DNA of 64,000 bases from Candidatus Hydrogenedentota bacterium. Its GTDB lineage: Bacteria; Hydrogenedentota; Hydrogenedentia; Hydrogenedentales; CAITNO01. Below, in pieces: positions 38,046 through 47,902 of the stretch. The stretch is taken from positions 11,220-75,219 of the forward strand of contig JAGPFE010000007.1 in the NCBI GenBank assembly GCA_018056705.1. The letters run 5' to 3'. The notes under the pieces were generated by a model. The model ran no database searches. It saw only the letters and a list, made by a program, of their open reading frames with translations, and had not been told where the DNA came from. Position numbers and translations under genes: made by a program. Within the stretch, counting starts at the first letter, position 1. Each line of letters begins with the position of its first letter.

Positions 38046-39461
38046 TCAGGCGGCTGGTGAATCGGTTGCCCGGCGGACCCGTGGTCCTTTCGGGGTGTCT
38101 TCGATGATCCATCCCTCGGCCTGCAGGGCGTCGCGGATGCGGTCGGCCTCGGCAAAGTCCCGGCGGCGGCGGGCCTCCTGGCGCTGGTTGACCCGTTCGA
38201 GCACTTCCGGGGGCACCTCTTCCCGGGCCAGCGGGGGAAACAGTCCGGTGGCGCGGTGCAGGTCGTCCAGGAGGGACTGGGCGGCGGCCGCGCCGGTCGC
38301 GCCGATTTTACCGTCGTCCAGCAGGCGGTTGACGTCGCGGATAAAGTTGAACACGGCGGCAAGTGCCGCGGAGATGTTCAGGTCGTCGTCCATGGCTGCT
38401 TCGAATTCCGCCCGGCACCGGGCGAGTTCTTCTTCTCCGCCCCCACCGGGGGCGACGCGTTCGGCGAGGCGCGTCCGGAAATCCTGGATCCGGCGCAGGG
38501 CCTGGGCCGCGGCGTCCACCGCCTCGAAGGTGAAATTGTTGGGCTGGCGATAGTGCGTGGTGGCCAGTACCCACCGGATGGCCCGGGGCGACATGCCTTT
38601 GTCCAGCAGGTCCCGAAGCGTGAAGAAATTGCCCAGGGACTTGGACATTTTTCGGCCGTCAACCATGAGGTGGGCGCAATGCAACCAGTAATTCACGAAG
38701 GGTTGACCCGTGCAGCAGACGGACTGCGCGATTTCGTTTTCGTGGTGGGGGAAGATGTTGTCCACGCCGCCGCAGTGGATATCGAAGTGGGGGCCAAGGT
38801 ATTTCATGCTCATGGCGGAGCACTCGATGTGCCACCCGGGACGTCCCCGTCCCAGTTCGGTATCCCAGTACACGTCGCCGTCCTCGGGGGTCCAGGCTTT
38901 CCAGAGGGCGAAGTCGCGGGCCTCTTCCGAATCGTACTCATCGGTATCGACCCGGCCGCTCGCGCCCGCCTTGAGGCCTTCCGGATCAATGTGGGCAAGC
39001 CTGCCATATTCCGGGAACGTACTGATGCGAAAATAGATACTGCCTTCGTGTTCGTACGTGTGGCCGCGGTCCCGCAGGATCTTGATCATCTCCACCATTT
39101 CCGGGATGTGATCCGTGGCGGCGGGATAGACGTGAGCGGGCAGGATATCAAGGGTCTGGATGTCCGCGAAAAAAGCCCTGGCGTAAAAATCGGTGATTTC
39201 CTTCAGGGGGCGACCCGTTTCCCGGCACATGCGGATCAGCTTGTCTTCCACGTCGGTCAGGTTCATCACGTGGCGCACTTCAAACCCCCGGTACTCGAGG
39301 TAACGGCGAAGCAGGTCCTCGAAGACATAGGCCCGGAAATTGCCAATGTGCGCGAAGTTATAAATGGTCGGGCCGCAGGTGTACAGGCGTACCTTGCCGG
39401 GCTCGATGGGCGCGAAATCCTGGAGGGATCGGGTCAGGGTATTCCAGAATCTGATACTCAT
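38046..39461 (-). CDS. cysS: Cysteine--tRNA ligase
   Basis: LYTCGPTIYNFAHIGNFR (HIGH) and KMSKSLGN (KMSKS). Confidence 0.95.
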   Translation of the reverse strand: MSIRFWNTLTRSLQDFAPIEPGKVRLYTCGPTIYNFAHIGNFRAYVFEDLLRRYLEYRGFEVRHVMNLTDVEDKLIRMCRETGRPLKEITDFYARAFFADIQTLDILPAHVYPAATDHIPEMVEMIKILRDRGHTYEHEGSIYFRISTFPEYGRLAHIDPEGLKAGASGRVDTDEYDSEEARDFALWKAWTPEDGDVYWDTELGRGRPGWHIECSAMSMKYLGPHFDIHCGGVDNIFPHHENEIAQSVCCTGQPFVNYWLHCAHLMVDGRKMSKSLGNFFTLRDLLDKGMSPRAIRWVLATTHYRQPNNFTFEAVDAAAQALRRIQDFRTRLAERVAPGGGGEEELARCRAEFEAAMDDDLNISAALAAVFNFIRDVNRLLDDGKIGATGAAAAQSLLDDLHRATGLFPPLAREEVPPEVLERVNQRQEARRRRDFAEADRIRDALQAEGWIIEDTPKGPRVRRATDSPAA

Positions 39462-39688
39462 CCGTAAACCTTTCCACGCGCGCGGTGCGCGGATCGGGCG
39501 CGTGCTCCGCGCGGGGCTTCGTGATCGAAAAACAAAGCGCTATTCCCCGTCCGCGAACGGGGCGGCAAACCGCTACATGGGAAGATACCGCCCCGCTCAC
39601 CCGTGACGACTTATATTGTACACCGCGCGTTGAGTGGAATCTGAATGATAACGGGAACCTGGGGGTGGGATGAGATAAACCCAGGGGT

Positions 39689-40273
39689 TTAACCCGATTT
39701 ACGGCCCATGTAGACCAGGCTCGGCGGCATGTTTTTCCAGACGGGTCCCACGCGTTCGATCTTGCCGAAACGGGCGGGCAGTTTTCCTTCGAAGAAGCGT
39801 TTTCCAGATGGAATGTACGGACTCATGGCGTAGGCGAAGGTAACGAACCGTCCGCCGGGGGCTAGCGCGTCCCAGGCCGCCTGTAACAGGCGATCCTGCA
39901 GGTCATCTTCGAAGCGCGTCCAGGGAAGGCTGGACACGATGGTATCGCAGTGTTCGTGACCTGCTTCCCGCAGGTGTTTGACCACGTTTTCGGCGGAATC
40001 CTGGATGATCAGGGCTTCCGGACAACGTTTTTTCGCCGCGGCGGCCAGGGTGGGGTTGATCTCCAGGGACATGAAGAAGGCGTCTGGGCGCTTTTTTTGC
40101 AGGATGACCTCGGTGAACACGCCGTCACCCGATCCGAATTCAACGATCACGCCGGCCTTGCTGACTTCGGCAAGATCCGTCACCGCGTGGGCGAGTTCCC
40201 GGCTGCTGGGAGCAAAGGCGCCCGTGGTCTTGTTGTGCGCGATGACCTCTTTCATGAAAGTGAGCCACGGCAT
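39689..40273 (-). CDS. Class I SAM-dependent methyltransferase (phospholipid N-methyltransferase / rRNA adenine methylase-like)
   Basis: Real part of track ORF 39689..40402, starting MPWLTFMKEVIAH after GGAGG. VIVEFGSGDGVFT SAM-binding motif. Confidence 0.75.
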   Translation of the reverse strand: MPWLTFMKEVIAHNKTTGAFAPSSRELAHAVTDLAEVSKAGVIVEFGSGDGVFTEVILQKKRPDAFFMSLEINPTLAAAAKKRCPEALIIQDSAENVVKHLREAGHEHCDTIVSSLPWTRFEDDLQDRLLQAAWDALAPGGRFVTFAYAMSPYIPSGKRFFEGKLPARFGKIERVGPVWKNMPPSLVYMGRKSG

Positions 40274-40398
40274 GACTGAACCTCCAACATGCTCCGCCCG
40301 TGGAAGGTACATTCTGGCATATCCGCACTTTCTCCGGCAAGTTCGCTTCAGCAGGTTTGCGGACGTAGCCAGTGAACGCGCCTGGCCGTGAGCACCCG

Positions 40399-42441
40399 TC
40401 AAACCGGAGCTGAGACGCCAGCGCGCTCCGCGAGCCTGAACCGGAGTTTGTCCGCGACGGTTTCCAGCGTCGCATGGTGGATGATTTCGCCGTCAATGGT
40501 AACCGTGGGTCCCGCGTCGCAGTGTTCCATGCAGCAGGTGGCCTCCACGCGGACCTGGCGGAGCAGACCACTTGTTCCCAGGTAGTCCATGAGTTCTCCG
40601 AGCAGGCGGCGGCTTCCATTCAGGTGACAGGCCGTGCCCAGGCAGACCGTGACGCGCGCCAGGGGATCCGCCGCGTCAACAATCGGCGCGGTAATCTCCC
40701 AGTGCCGTTTTCGGGGCGCGTAATGGGTGTGAAGCAGTTCCCGGCCGATGACGTGGTAGCGGTTGCCCACCAGTTCCCGGTAGAACCGGTCGACCTCCGG
40801 GTTGTCCTGGGGACGGTGGAAATCCAGGAAGGTGTCCAGGTCGCGCAGGCCCTGGGCGCGCTGCTCGTCTCCGGCGGACGCCGTAGACGCGGGTTGCCCC
40901 GCTCCATTGACGCAGCCACCGGGACAGGCCATGATCTCCACGAGGTCCCACCGCGCGTCTCCCGTCCGGACCAGTTCCGCGATCCGCCGGGCCTGGCCCA
41001 GGGTATGCACAACCGCTACCCGTAAGCGCCGGTGTCCCACCCGGAACTCCGCTTCCCGGAACGGGCCATTTTCTCGCAAGGCGGCGAAGGCGGCCCGGTT
41101 CGCCTGTTCGTTAGGTTCCCGGTCGGCATCCAGGCAACGCAGGACGGCCTCGGCAACGCCGCCGGACGAACCGAAAATCAACCCCGCTCCCGTTTTGAAA
41201 CCCATGGGCAGGTCGAAGGATCCGGGTTCCAGCCTTTCGATTGATAGGCCTGCCCCCCGGATCATGTCGGCCAGTTCTTCGGTTGTGATGACGTGGTCCA
41301 CGTCCGGCTGGCCGTTACGACGGTATTTTTCCAGCCGGGCCTCTTCTTTTTTGGCGGTACAAGGCATGATCGAAACGACCACCAGTTGGCGGTGATCCCG
41401 CGTGGCGGGGTCCTCGTAGTACCGTCGGGCCACCGCCCCGAACATCTGTTGCGGTGAACGGCAGGAGGACAGGAGCGGCAACAGTTCAGGATAGTACTGC
41501 TCGGCAAAACGTACCCACGCCGGGCAGCACGAAGTGAACATCGGCAGAGACCCGCCGTGGTCCAGCCGATGTAACAGTTCGCGGGATTCTTCGAGCGCGG
41601 TCATGTCCGCCGCGAAGGCCGTGTCGAACACCCGGTCGCAACCGATGTGCCGCAGGGCGGAAACGATTCGCCACGTCATGGTAGGGCCCGGCTTGAGGTG
41701 AAACCGCTCGCCGAGGGCCACGCGAACAGCAGGCGCGATCTGCGCGATGACAAAGGTACGCGGATCGTTCAGGGCGCGCCACACGGCGTCGGTTTGCGGG
41801 CGCGGGGTCAGGGCCCCGGTGGGACATACCCGCGCGCACTGGCCGCAGTACACGCATTCGCTTGCGGCGAGATCCCGACCGAAAGCGGGCGTTACGCGAC
41901 TGTTCACGCCCCGGAACGCGATGTCGATAGCCCCGATTCCCTGGATTTCCTGGCAGGCTTTCACGCAGTCTCCACACAGGATGCAGCGATTCGGGTTACG
42001 GACCAGCGCGTGATTGGACAGGTCCAGGGGCTGGGGTTCCATGACACGGTGATAGCGGACCCGGTCTATGCCGAGGCGGCGGGCCAGTTCCTGCAGCCGG
42101 CAGGCCCCGGTCCGGGGACAGGTGGGACAGTTCATGTCGTGGTTGGCCAGTAGCAGTTCGAGGGCCACTTTTCGCACGGCCCTTACGGCGTCGGTGTTGG
42201 TTTTCACGACAAGTCCCGGTTCGGGAGCCAGCGTGCAGGACGCGGTGATGCCCCGGCCGGGGATTTCCACCATGCACAGGCGGCACGCGCCATGGGCGCT
42301 CAGTTCCGAGTGGTAGCAGAAGGAGGGGATGTCGATGCCCGCTTTCCGAGCGATCTCGAGCACGCTGCGTTCCGTGTCGAAGGGGATGAGTCGTCCGTCG
42401 ATTTCAATCTGCTTCAAACCCGAATTGACAGGTTGATTCAT
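40399..42441 (-). CDS. hydA: [FeFe]-hydrogenase catalytic subunit HydA (2Fe-2S and 4Fe-4S N-terminal domains, H-cluster domain, C-terminal thioredoxin-like 2Fe-2S domain)
   Basis: Starts MNQPVNSGLKQIEIDG after AAGGAG. H-cluster motifs FTSCCPAW, IMPCTAKKEE and EIMACPGGCVNGAGQP. C-terminal CLGTACHLNG...CCMEHCDAGP. Confidence 0.9.
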   Translation of the reverse strand: MNQPVNSGLKQIEIDGRLIPFDTERSVLEIARKAGIDIPSFCYHSELSAHGACRLCMVEIPGRGITASCTLAPEPGLVVKTNTDAVRAVRKVALELLLANHDMNCPTCPRTGACRLQELARRLGIDRVRYHRVMEPQPLDLSNHALVRNPNRCILCGDCVKACQEIQGIGAIDIAFRGVNSRVTPAFGRDLAASECVYCGQCARVCPTGALTPRPQTDAVWRALNDPRTFVIAQIAPAVRVALGERFHLKPGPTMTWRIVSALRHIGCDRVFDTAFAADMTALEESRELLHRLDHGGSLPMFTSCCPAWVRFAEQYYPELLPLLSSCRSPQQMFGAVARRYYEDPATRDHRQLVVVSIMPCTAKKEEARLEKYRRNGQPDVDHVITTEELADMIRGAGLSIERLEPGSFDLPMGFKTGAGLIFGSSGGVAEAVLRCLDADREPNEQANRAAFAALRENGPFREAEFRVGHRRLRVAVVHTLGQARRIAELVRTGDARWDLVEIMACPGGCVNGAGQPASTASAGDEQRAQGLRDLDTFLDFHRPQDNPEVDRFYRELVGNRYHVIGRELLHTHYAPRKRHWEITAPIVDAADPLARVTVCLGTACHLNGSRRLLGELMDYLGTSGLLRQVRVEATCCMEHCDAGPTVTIDGEIIHHATLETVADKLRFRLAERAGVSAPV

Positions 42442-42452
42442 GGCGATACTCC

Positions 42453-44369
42453 TTAACAGTGAATGGCCTGGCGTCGGCAGGCGGTCAGGCACGCGCCGCA
42501 GCGGATGCAGGTGTCCCGGTCGATGACATGGGGGCTTTTCCGTTCCCCCCGGATCGCGCCGACCGGGCATTGCCGGACGCACAGCCCGCAGCCATTGCAG
42601 ACCTTGGGATCGATTTTCGGCACCCGCAGGGCCGGGCACCCATCAGCGAGACATCGTTTTTCCCGGATATGCGCGAGATATTCTTCGCGGAAATACCGCA
42701 GGGTGGACAGCACGGGGTTCGGCGCGGTTTTTCCCAGTCCGCACAGGGATCCCACGCGGACAGCCTGGGCGGTCTCCTCGAGGATTTCCAGGGTTTCTTC
42801 GGTGCCCCGGCCTTCGGTAATATCCTCCAGCAGGGCCAGCATCTGCCGGGTGCCTTCGCGGCACAGCACGCACTTGCCGCAGGACTCGTTCCGGGTGAAC
42901 TCCATGAAGAACCGGGCCATCTGCACCATGCAGGTGTCATGGTTCATGACGACCAGCCCGCCAGAGCCTACCATCGCGCCAACGCCTTGCAGGGAATCGA
43001 AATCCAGGGGCAGATCAAGGTGTTCCGAAGTCAGGCAACCACCCGATGGTCCGCCGATCTGTACCGCCTTGAATCCCCGCGGGTCGGGGTTTCCCTCATG
43101 GTCCAGCACCCCTCCACCAATCTCGAGCACGATTTCCCGTAACGTGGTACCGAAAGGCGCCTCGATCAGTCCCGTGTTGGCCACGTGACCGGTCAGCGCG
43201 AAAGTCTTGGTGCCCGGAGAATGATCCGTGCCCATTCGCCGGAACCATTCGGGACCCTTGCGGAGAATGATGGGCACCGTGGCCAGGGTTTCCACGTTGT
43301 TGATAATGGTGGGTTTTCCCCACAGGCCGGATTGCGCGGGAAAAGGTGGCTTGGGCATGGGTACGCCGCGGCGTCCTTCGATCGAGGCGATCAGCGCGGT
43401 TTCTTCGCCGCACACGAAGGCCCCCGCGCCTTCCATGATTTCGATGTCGAAATCGAAATCCGAATCGAACAGGTTTCTCCCGAGAATCCCCAGGGCCCGG
43501 GCGTCCTCGATGGCCTTGCCAAGCCGCCGCACGGCGAGGGGATACTCCATCCGCACGTAAATGAATCCCCGGCACGCGCAGGTGGCGCGCCCGGCAATGA
43601 GCAGGCCCTCCAGTACGCTGTGAGGATTTCCCTCCATGATGCTGCGGTCCATGAACGCCCCGGGATCGCCCTCGTCCCCGTTGCAGATGACATATTTCTG
43701 TTCCCCCGGCTGGGCGAGGGCCGCGGCCCATTTACGACCGGTCGGGTATCCGCCCCCACCGCGTCCCCGCAGCCCCGACCGGGTTACCAGGTCGCAGATA
43801 TCCGCCGGCTCCATTTCCAGCATGGCGGTCCGTGCCATGTGGTATCCGCCCCGGGCGATGTATTCCCGGATGTCCTCCGGGTCGATTTCGCCACAATATC
43901 CCAGCAGCACCCGGCGTTGACGTTGGTAGAAGGGAATGTCCACGGGACCCCGGTGGCGCTCCCCCGTGGCGGGATGCCGGTACAGCAGGTGTTCCACCAC
44001 GCCGCCCCGCACCAGGGTTTCGCGGATGATGTCTTCGGCGTCATCCGGGCGCACCTTGCAATAGAGGATGCCATCCGGTTGAATGGTGACCAGCGGGCCC
44101 ATCTGGCAGAAGCCCTGGCAGCCGCTTCTGGAGAGAAAGATGCCGGGGTGTTCCGGATCGTCGTCGAGCCGCGTCGCGATATCGAGGTTTGCGTGCCGGG
44201 CCGCGTCGACCAGTGCCCGGTACACGGCTTCCGCGCCGCTGGCCAGGCATCCGGTACCACTGCAGACGATGATCCGCCGGTTAAACCGGGCCAGGCGATC
44301 ACGATACTGGTCAGCCAGTTCTTCGAGGGGACATGACACGTTGGTCATTGCCAGGGATTGGGTACGCAT
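42453..44369 (-). CDS. hydB: NuoF-like NAD(P)H/FMN-binding subunit HydB of a bifurcating-type hydrogenase
   Basis: GRGGGGYPTGRKW, NGDEGDPGAF, ESCGKCVLCREG, plus two C-terminal CxxCxxCxxxCP ferredoxin motifs and an N-terminal 2Fe-2S domain. Confidence 0.9.
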   Translation of the reverse strand: MRTQSLAMTNVSCPLEELADQYRDRLARFNRRIIVCSGTGCLASGAEAVYRALVDAARHANLDIATRLDDDPEHPGIFLSRSGCQGFCQMGPLVTIQPDGILYCKVRPDDAEDIIRETLVRGGVVEHLLYRHPATGERHRGPVDIPFYQRQRRVLLGYCGEIDPEDIREYIARGGYHMARTAMLEMEPADICDLVTRSGLRGRGGGGYPTGRKWAAALAQPGEQKYVICNGDEGDPGAFMDRSIMEGNPHSVLEGLLIAGRATCACRGFIYVRMEYPLAVRRLGKAIEDARALGILGRNLFDSDFDFDIEIMEGAGAFVCGEETALIASIEGRRGVPMPKPPFPAQSGLWGKPTIINNVETLATVPIILRKGPEWFRRMGTDHSPGTKTFALTGHVANTGLIEAPFGTTLREIVLEIGGGVLDHEGNPDPRGFKAVQIGGPSGGCLTSEHLDLPLDFDSLQGVGAMVGSGGLVVMNHDTCMVQMARFFMEFTRNESCGKCVLCREGTRQMLALLEDITEGRGTEETLEILEETAQAVRVGSLCGLGKTAPNPVLSTLRYFREEYLAHIREKRCLADGCPALRVPKIDPKVCNGCGLCVRQCPVGAIRGERKSPHVIDRDTCIRCGACLTACRRQAIHC

Positions 44370-44373
44370 GACT

Positions 44374-44949
44374 TTATTCCTCTTGTCCGGTTATCCGCGA
44401 GGGCTGTTCCGCCGGACTGTCCTGGGCGGCCCGCTCCGCGGCCAGGATATCGTCGATCAGTTTCACGCAGGCTTCCGGGGTCATCTGACCATGGGGCGTG
44501 CCGTCCACCACGATCACGGGGGCGAGTCCGCAGGCCCCCAGGCAGGAGACGGTTTCCAGGCTGAAGGACAGGTCCTCCGACGTGCGCTGTCCCGCTTTCA
44601 GTCCCAGGCGTTCGCGCATGGCCCGGATCAGGGATTCCGACCGCTTCACGTGACACGCCGTGCCGTCACAGACCTGGATGATGTGTCGTCCCCTGGGTTC
44701 CAGGCTGAAGTGGGTGTAAAAAGTGGCCACGCCATATACCCGGGCTGCCGGTATTTCCAGCAGCTCCGAGAGGAACTCAAGCAGATCCTCCGGAAGGTAA
44801 TGGAATTGATCCTGAATTTCCCGCAGAATGGGGATGAGTCGGGCGGGGCTGTTGCCCTGTCGCGCGACGATTTCTCTCACTCTTTCGTACCGTTCGAGAT
44901 CGGTCCGGACGGTTTTGAGGGTGTCCAGCGTGCTGTCAACGGTTTCCAT
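44374..44949 (-). CDS. hydC: NuoE-like [2Fe-2S] subunit HydC
   Basis: LIPILREIQDQFHYLP, VYGVATFYTHFSL, IQVCDGTACHV, VSCLGACGLAPV. ATG at 44949 preceded by AAGGAG; an alternative GTG lies at 44967. Confidence 0.9.
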   Translation of the reverse strand: METVDSTLDTLKTVRTDLERYERVREIVARQGNSPARLIPILREIQDQFHYLPEDLLEFLSELLEIPAARVYGVATFYTHFSLEPRGRHIIQVCDGTACHVKRSESLIRAMRERLGLKAGQRTSEDLSFSLETVSCLGACGLAPVIVVDGTPHGQMTPEACVKLIDDILAAERAAQDSPAEQPSRITGQEE

Positions 44950-44963
44950 GGCAACTCTCCTTT

Positions 44964-46145
44964 TCACAGGTAGCGCGCCGAGGTCTCCTTGAGATAGCGT
45001 TCTTCCAGGGCGCGGCGCATCCGTCGCACGATATTCCGCCGAATTTCCAGGTCTTCGGGCAGGTTGGGATCCTGGTGCGCCTCGTTAATCCGGGTTCCCA
45101 CGACGAAATCGATCATGTCGCTGTCCAGCAAGAGTTCCACGAGCCGCGCCGCGGGGCTGTCCGGTGGTGGTGGTGGTCCATCCCCTTCGAGTGTCCGCAG
45201 GGCCCGTGTCAGGGTCAGGATGCCTTCCGTGACCAGGTCCACCCCTTCAAGACGGCAGGGTGGCGGGAGTTCCGGGTCCATCTTCCCCATCATGACGTGA
45301 AGTTCCTGGCCCAGTTCCCGCGCGACGATGGCGGCCGTGGTGCCCCCGCAAATGACGCGCCTTCCCGGGAAGGTGTCGATGAGATGGGCGTATTCCCCGT
45401 CCCGTTCCCGGGCGTAGGGCGGCCCGGTGAGCAGCATCAGGCGACGGGGTTGCCGGAAATACACCACGCCGACGGTCATGTCATCCTGGGCCTGGCGCGC
45501 CGGTTCCCGGACCAATGCCGCCGTAAGGATGTTTGCCGCCAGTTGACGCGCCGAGATCCGCGGGTTGGCCCGTACCTGTTCCAGGGCGTAGTCCCGGCAT
45601 CCTTCCCACCGCCACCCCAGCGGATACCGTTCCGTGGACAGGCCGGCTTGGCTGATCCCGTCGCTGAAGACCACGATGCGGTCCTCGGCCTGGGTTTCCA
45701 GCTCGGAAAATCGCAGGCGCCGGTTTTGCCAGCGGGGTGCCGCGCGCCATTCGGAACGCGCTTCGGCCAGCGTGCCGCCACGGATCCACAGGAAAGGCGG
45801 GTTGTCCAGTTCGATCACGCGGCTGGTGCCCCGGGCGAAGCAGTCCAGGATGGTGAAAGTGGCGTAACTGATGCCCCGGACCCGGCACACCGGCAGCACG
45901 CTGATCATGGTTTCCGCGCTGCGCAGCATGTCCAGACCCGACGCGCAGAACCGGCAGGCCATGGCGGCAGTCATGGTGGAGAGAATGGCTGCCTTGACCC
46001 CGCTGCCAAGGCCATCGGACAGCACCGAAATGACCCTTGACGTTTCGGGGATTTTCAGCGTGCGGCCAGCATCCCCGCAGACACGCTGGCCATGCTTGCG
46101 GCATTGCCGGAACTCCACTTCGATGAACAGGTCTTCCCGGTTCAT
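44964..46145 (-). CDS. SpoIIE/PP2C-family serine phosphatase with an uncharacterised C-terminal extension of about 150 aa
   Basis: VCGDAG...VLSDGLGSGVKAAILS...VVFSDGISQAG metal-binding blocks. Start overlaps the hydS stop and the stop overlaps the hydC region. Confidence 0.8.
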   Translation of the reverse strand: MNREDLFIEVEFRQCRKHGQRVCGDAGRTLKIPETSRVISVLSDGLGSGVKAAILSTMTAAMACRFCASGLDMLRSAETMISVLPVCRVRGISYATFTILDCFARGTSRVIELDNPPFLWIRGGTLAEARSEWRAAPRWQNRRLRFSELETQAEDRIVVFSDGISQAGLSTERYPLGWRWEGCRDYALEQVRANPRISARQLAANILTAALVREPARQAQDDMTVGVVYFRQPRRLMLLTGPPYARERDGEYAHLIDTFPGRRVICGGTTAAIVARELGQELHVMMGKMDPELPPPCRLEGVDLVTEGILTLTRALRTLEGDGPPPPPDSPAARLVELLLDSDMIDFVVGTRINEAHQDPNLPEDLEIRRNIVRRMRRALEERYLKETSARYL

Positions 46146-47902
46146 GGCAGGGGCGCTCCCGGTTCCTCTCCCGGCGGCATTTCACCCTCAGGGGCATAGG
46201 CCTCGGCGATGGATCGCAGCAGGATTTCCGTTTCCGCCATGTGTTCGCCCAGGCGGCAGGCGATCTCCTGCACGGTCAGCAGGTTGCGGGTGATGACTTC
46301 GTTGGCTTTCCGGGCTATTTCGTCCCGCTGGAATTCCTGGCGGGTGACGTCCTGGATAACCGCGCCTACCGTTTCGCCGGGGTCCAGGGAAAAAACGGTG
46401 ATATCGTAGAGATGATTGGCGCAACGGTAATGATCGTAGTGACATTCCCTTCCCGTGAGCAGCACGGATTCGAACAGGTCGACAAAAGGTACCACCTTCG
46501 ACAGGCGACATCCCGTCAGGCCGGGCTTGAGTTCCCACATTTCCCGCAGGTCATCACCAAAAAGCCGCGCGAAAGCCTCGTTGCACTCGACTATCCGCAG
46601 GTTCCGGTCAACGATCACCACGCCCGATGGCATGCACCGCAACAGGGCGTTGGCTTTCTTCTGCGCCAGTTTGCGCATCCAGGAGACGCACATGGTGGGT
46701 TCGGCGCGTCCAAGGGCCAGTGCGCGGGCGAAATCCCTGCAGGTGTTGTAGCCGCATCCGCCGCAGTTGAGTTCGTCCTCGGCTGACGTCTTGCCCACAC
46801 GGCGCAGGGCCTGGCGAACGCCGTCTTCCCCGGGGTCGGGTTCTTCCGGTATATCGGGAGCGGCCCAGAAGGACGCGTCCATCACGGATACCCGCGGCGC
46901 GTGACAATCCCCGGTCGGGCCTGTCAACGTGACCGCGTCTTCTACCCGCAGCCGCCGGGCCAGCGTGTCCGGCGTGGGGGTGGCGCAGGGTCCCGCCACG
47001 CATCCCCCGGCACAGGCCAGGCATTCCACGAACACGGGCTGTTGGAATGTCACGTCGTCTATTCCCGCCAGGGCGTTGTGGATGGCTTCCAGCCCCGCGA
47101 TACTTACCACGCGGACCGTGGCCGGTAACCGTCGGAATTCGATGGAGCGGATCATGCCTCCCTCGACGGGGTAGAGCGCCCCGTCCGTTGCCCGTTCCGG
47201 TTCAAACCGGTCTTCCGCGATGGGAACCACCCGTTCCGGGTCGATTTCGGCGTCCTGCAACAGTTCCCGCAGGTCCTGGAACGTCAGGGCGACATCCAGT
47301 AGGTCGGGATGCCGGTCAGCCTCATTCTTTTTTGCGGCGCAGGGCCCGAAAAACACGACCGCGCAGCGCGGTCCGAACACGGTTTTCAACAGGCGGGCGT
47401 GGGCCAGCGCGGGCGAGAGCATGGGTATAATCCGGGGCGCGACCCGGGGCATCATGAGCCGGATGTAGTCCACCGCGACCGGGCAGGCGGAAGAAAGGTA
47501 GAGGCCCGGTGTGGCGCTGGTCAACATGGCGGCGGTAGCGGCGGAGATTTCCTGCGCCCCGAGAGCGGTTTCGCTGACGTGGTGAAAGCCGAGTTGTTTC
47601 AGGGCGGCCACGAGACGCGGTTCGTCAAGGTTGCCGAACTCGGCCACCCAGGAAGGAGCCACCGCGGCCACCAGCGTCCGGCCAGACGCGATCAGTCGTT
47701 TCGCGACGCCCCGGTCGTTCCGGATGGTCTTGGCACGCGCCGGGCAGGTGGTCACGCACCGGCCGCAGGCCACGCACCGTTCCGGTTGCACGACGGCATG
47801 TCCGCCGGACACGCTGATGGACTTGGTGGGGCAGTGGCGCAGGCACTTGTAACAATCCTGGCACTCCGCTTCGAGGGTGAACACGGGATACCGTCGGTTC
47901 AT
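46142..47902 (-). CDS. hydS: HydS-like putative sensory [FeFe]-hydrogenase: 2x[4Fe-4S] ferredoxin, modified H-cluster domain, extra Cys cluster and PAS domain
   Basis: CQDCYKCLRHCP and CVACGRCVTTCP. Modified H-cluster motifs LSSACPVAV, FFGPCAAKKNE and ECLACAGGCVAGP. NCGGCGYNTC. PAS-like LLRCMPSGVVIVDRNLRIVECNEAFARLFG. ATG at 47902 in an ATGA overlap. Confidence 0.85.
   Translation of the reverse strand: MNRRYPVFTLEAECQDCYKCLRHCPTKSISVSGGHAVVQPERCVACGRCVTTCPARAKTIRNDRGVAKRLIASGRTLVAAVAPSWVAEFGNLDEPRLVAALKQLGFHHVSETALGAQEISAATAAMLTSATPGLYLSSACPVAVDYIRLMMPRVAPRIIPMLSPALAHARLLKTVFGPRCAVVFFGPCAAKKNEADRHPDLLDVALTFQDLRELLQDAEIDPERVVPIAEDRFEPERATDGALYPVEGGMIRSIEFRRLPATVRVVSIAGLEAIHNALAGIDDVTFQQPVFVECLACAGGCVAGPCATPTPDTLARRLRVEDAVTLTGPTGDCHAPRVSVMDASFWAAPDIPEEPDPGEDGVRQALRRVGKTSAEDELNCGGCGYNTCRDFARALALGRAEPTMCVSWMRKLAQKKANALLRCMPSGVVIVDRNLRIVECNEAFARLFGDDLREMWELKPGLTGCRLSKVVPFVDLFESVLLTGRECHYDHYRCANHLYDITVFSLDPGETVGAVIQDVTRQEFQRDEIARKANEVITRNLLTVQEIACRLGEHMAETEILLRSIAEAYAPEGEMPPGEEPGAPLP

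Noticed and set aside
39462-39688. T-box riboswitch upstream of cysS.
   Set aside because: There is no T-box consensus (GGGUGGNACCGCG-like) and no specifier-loop architecture. The region is kept only as an unclassified structured leader; see findings.
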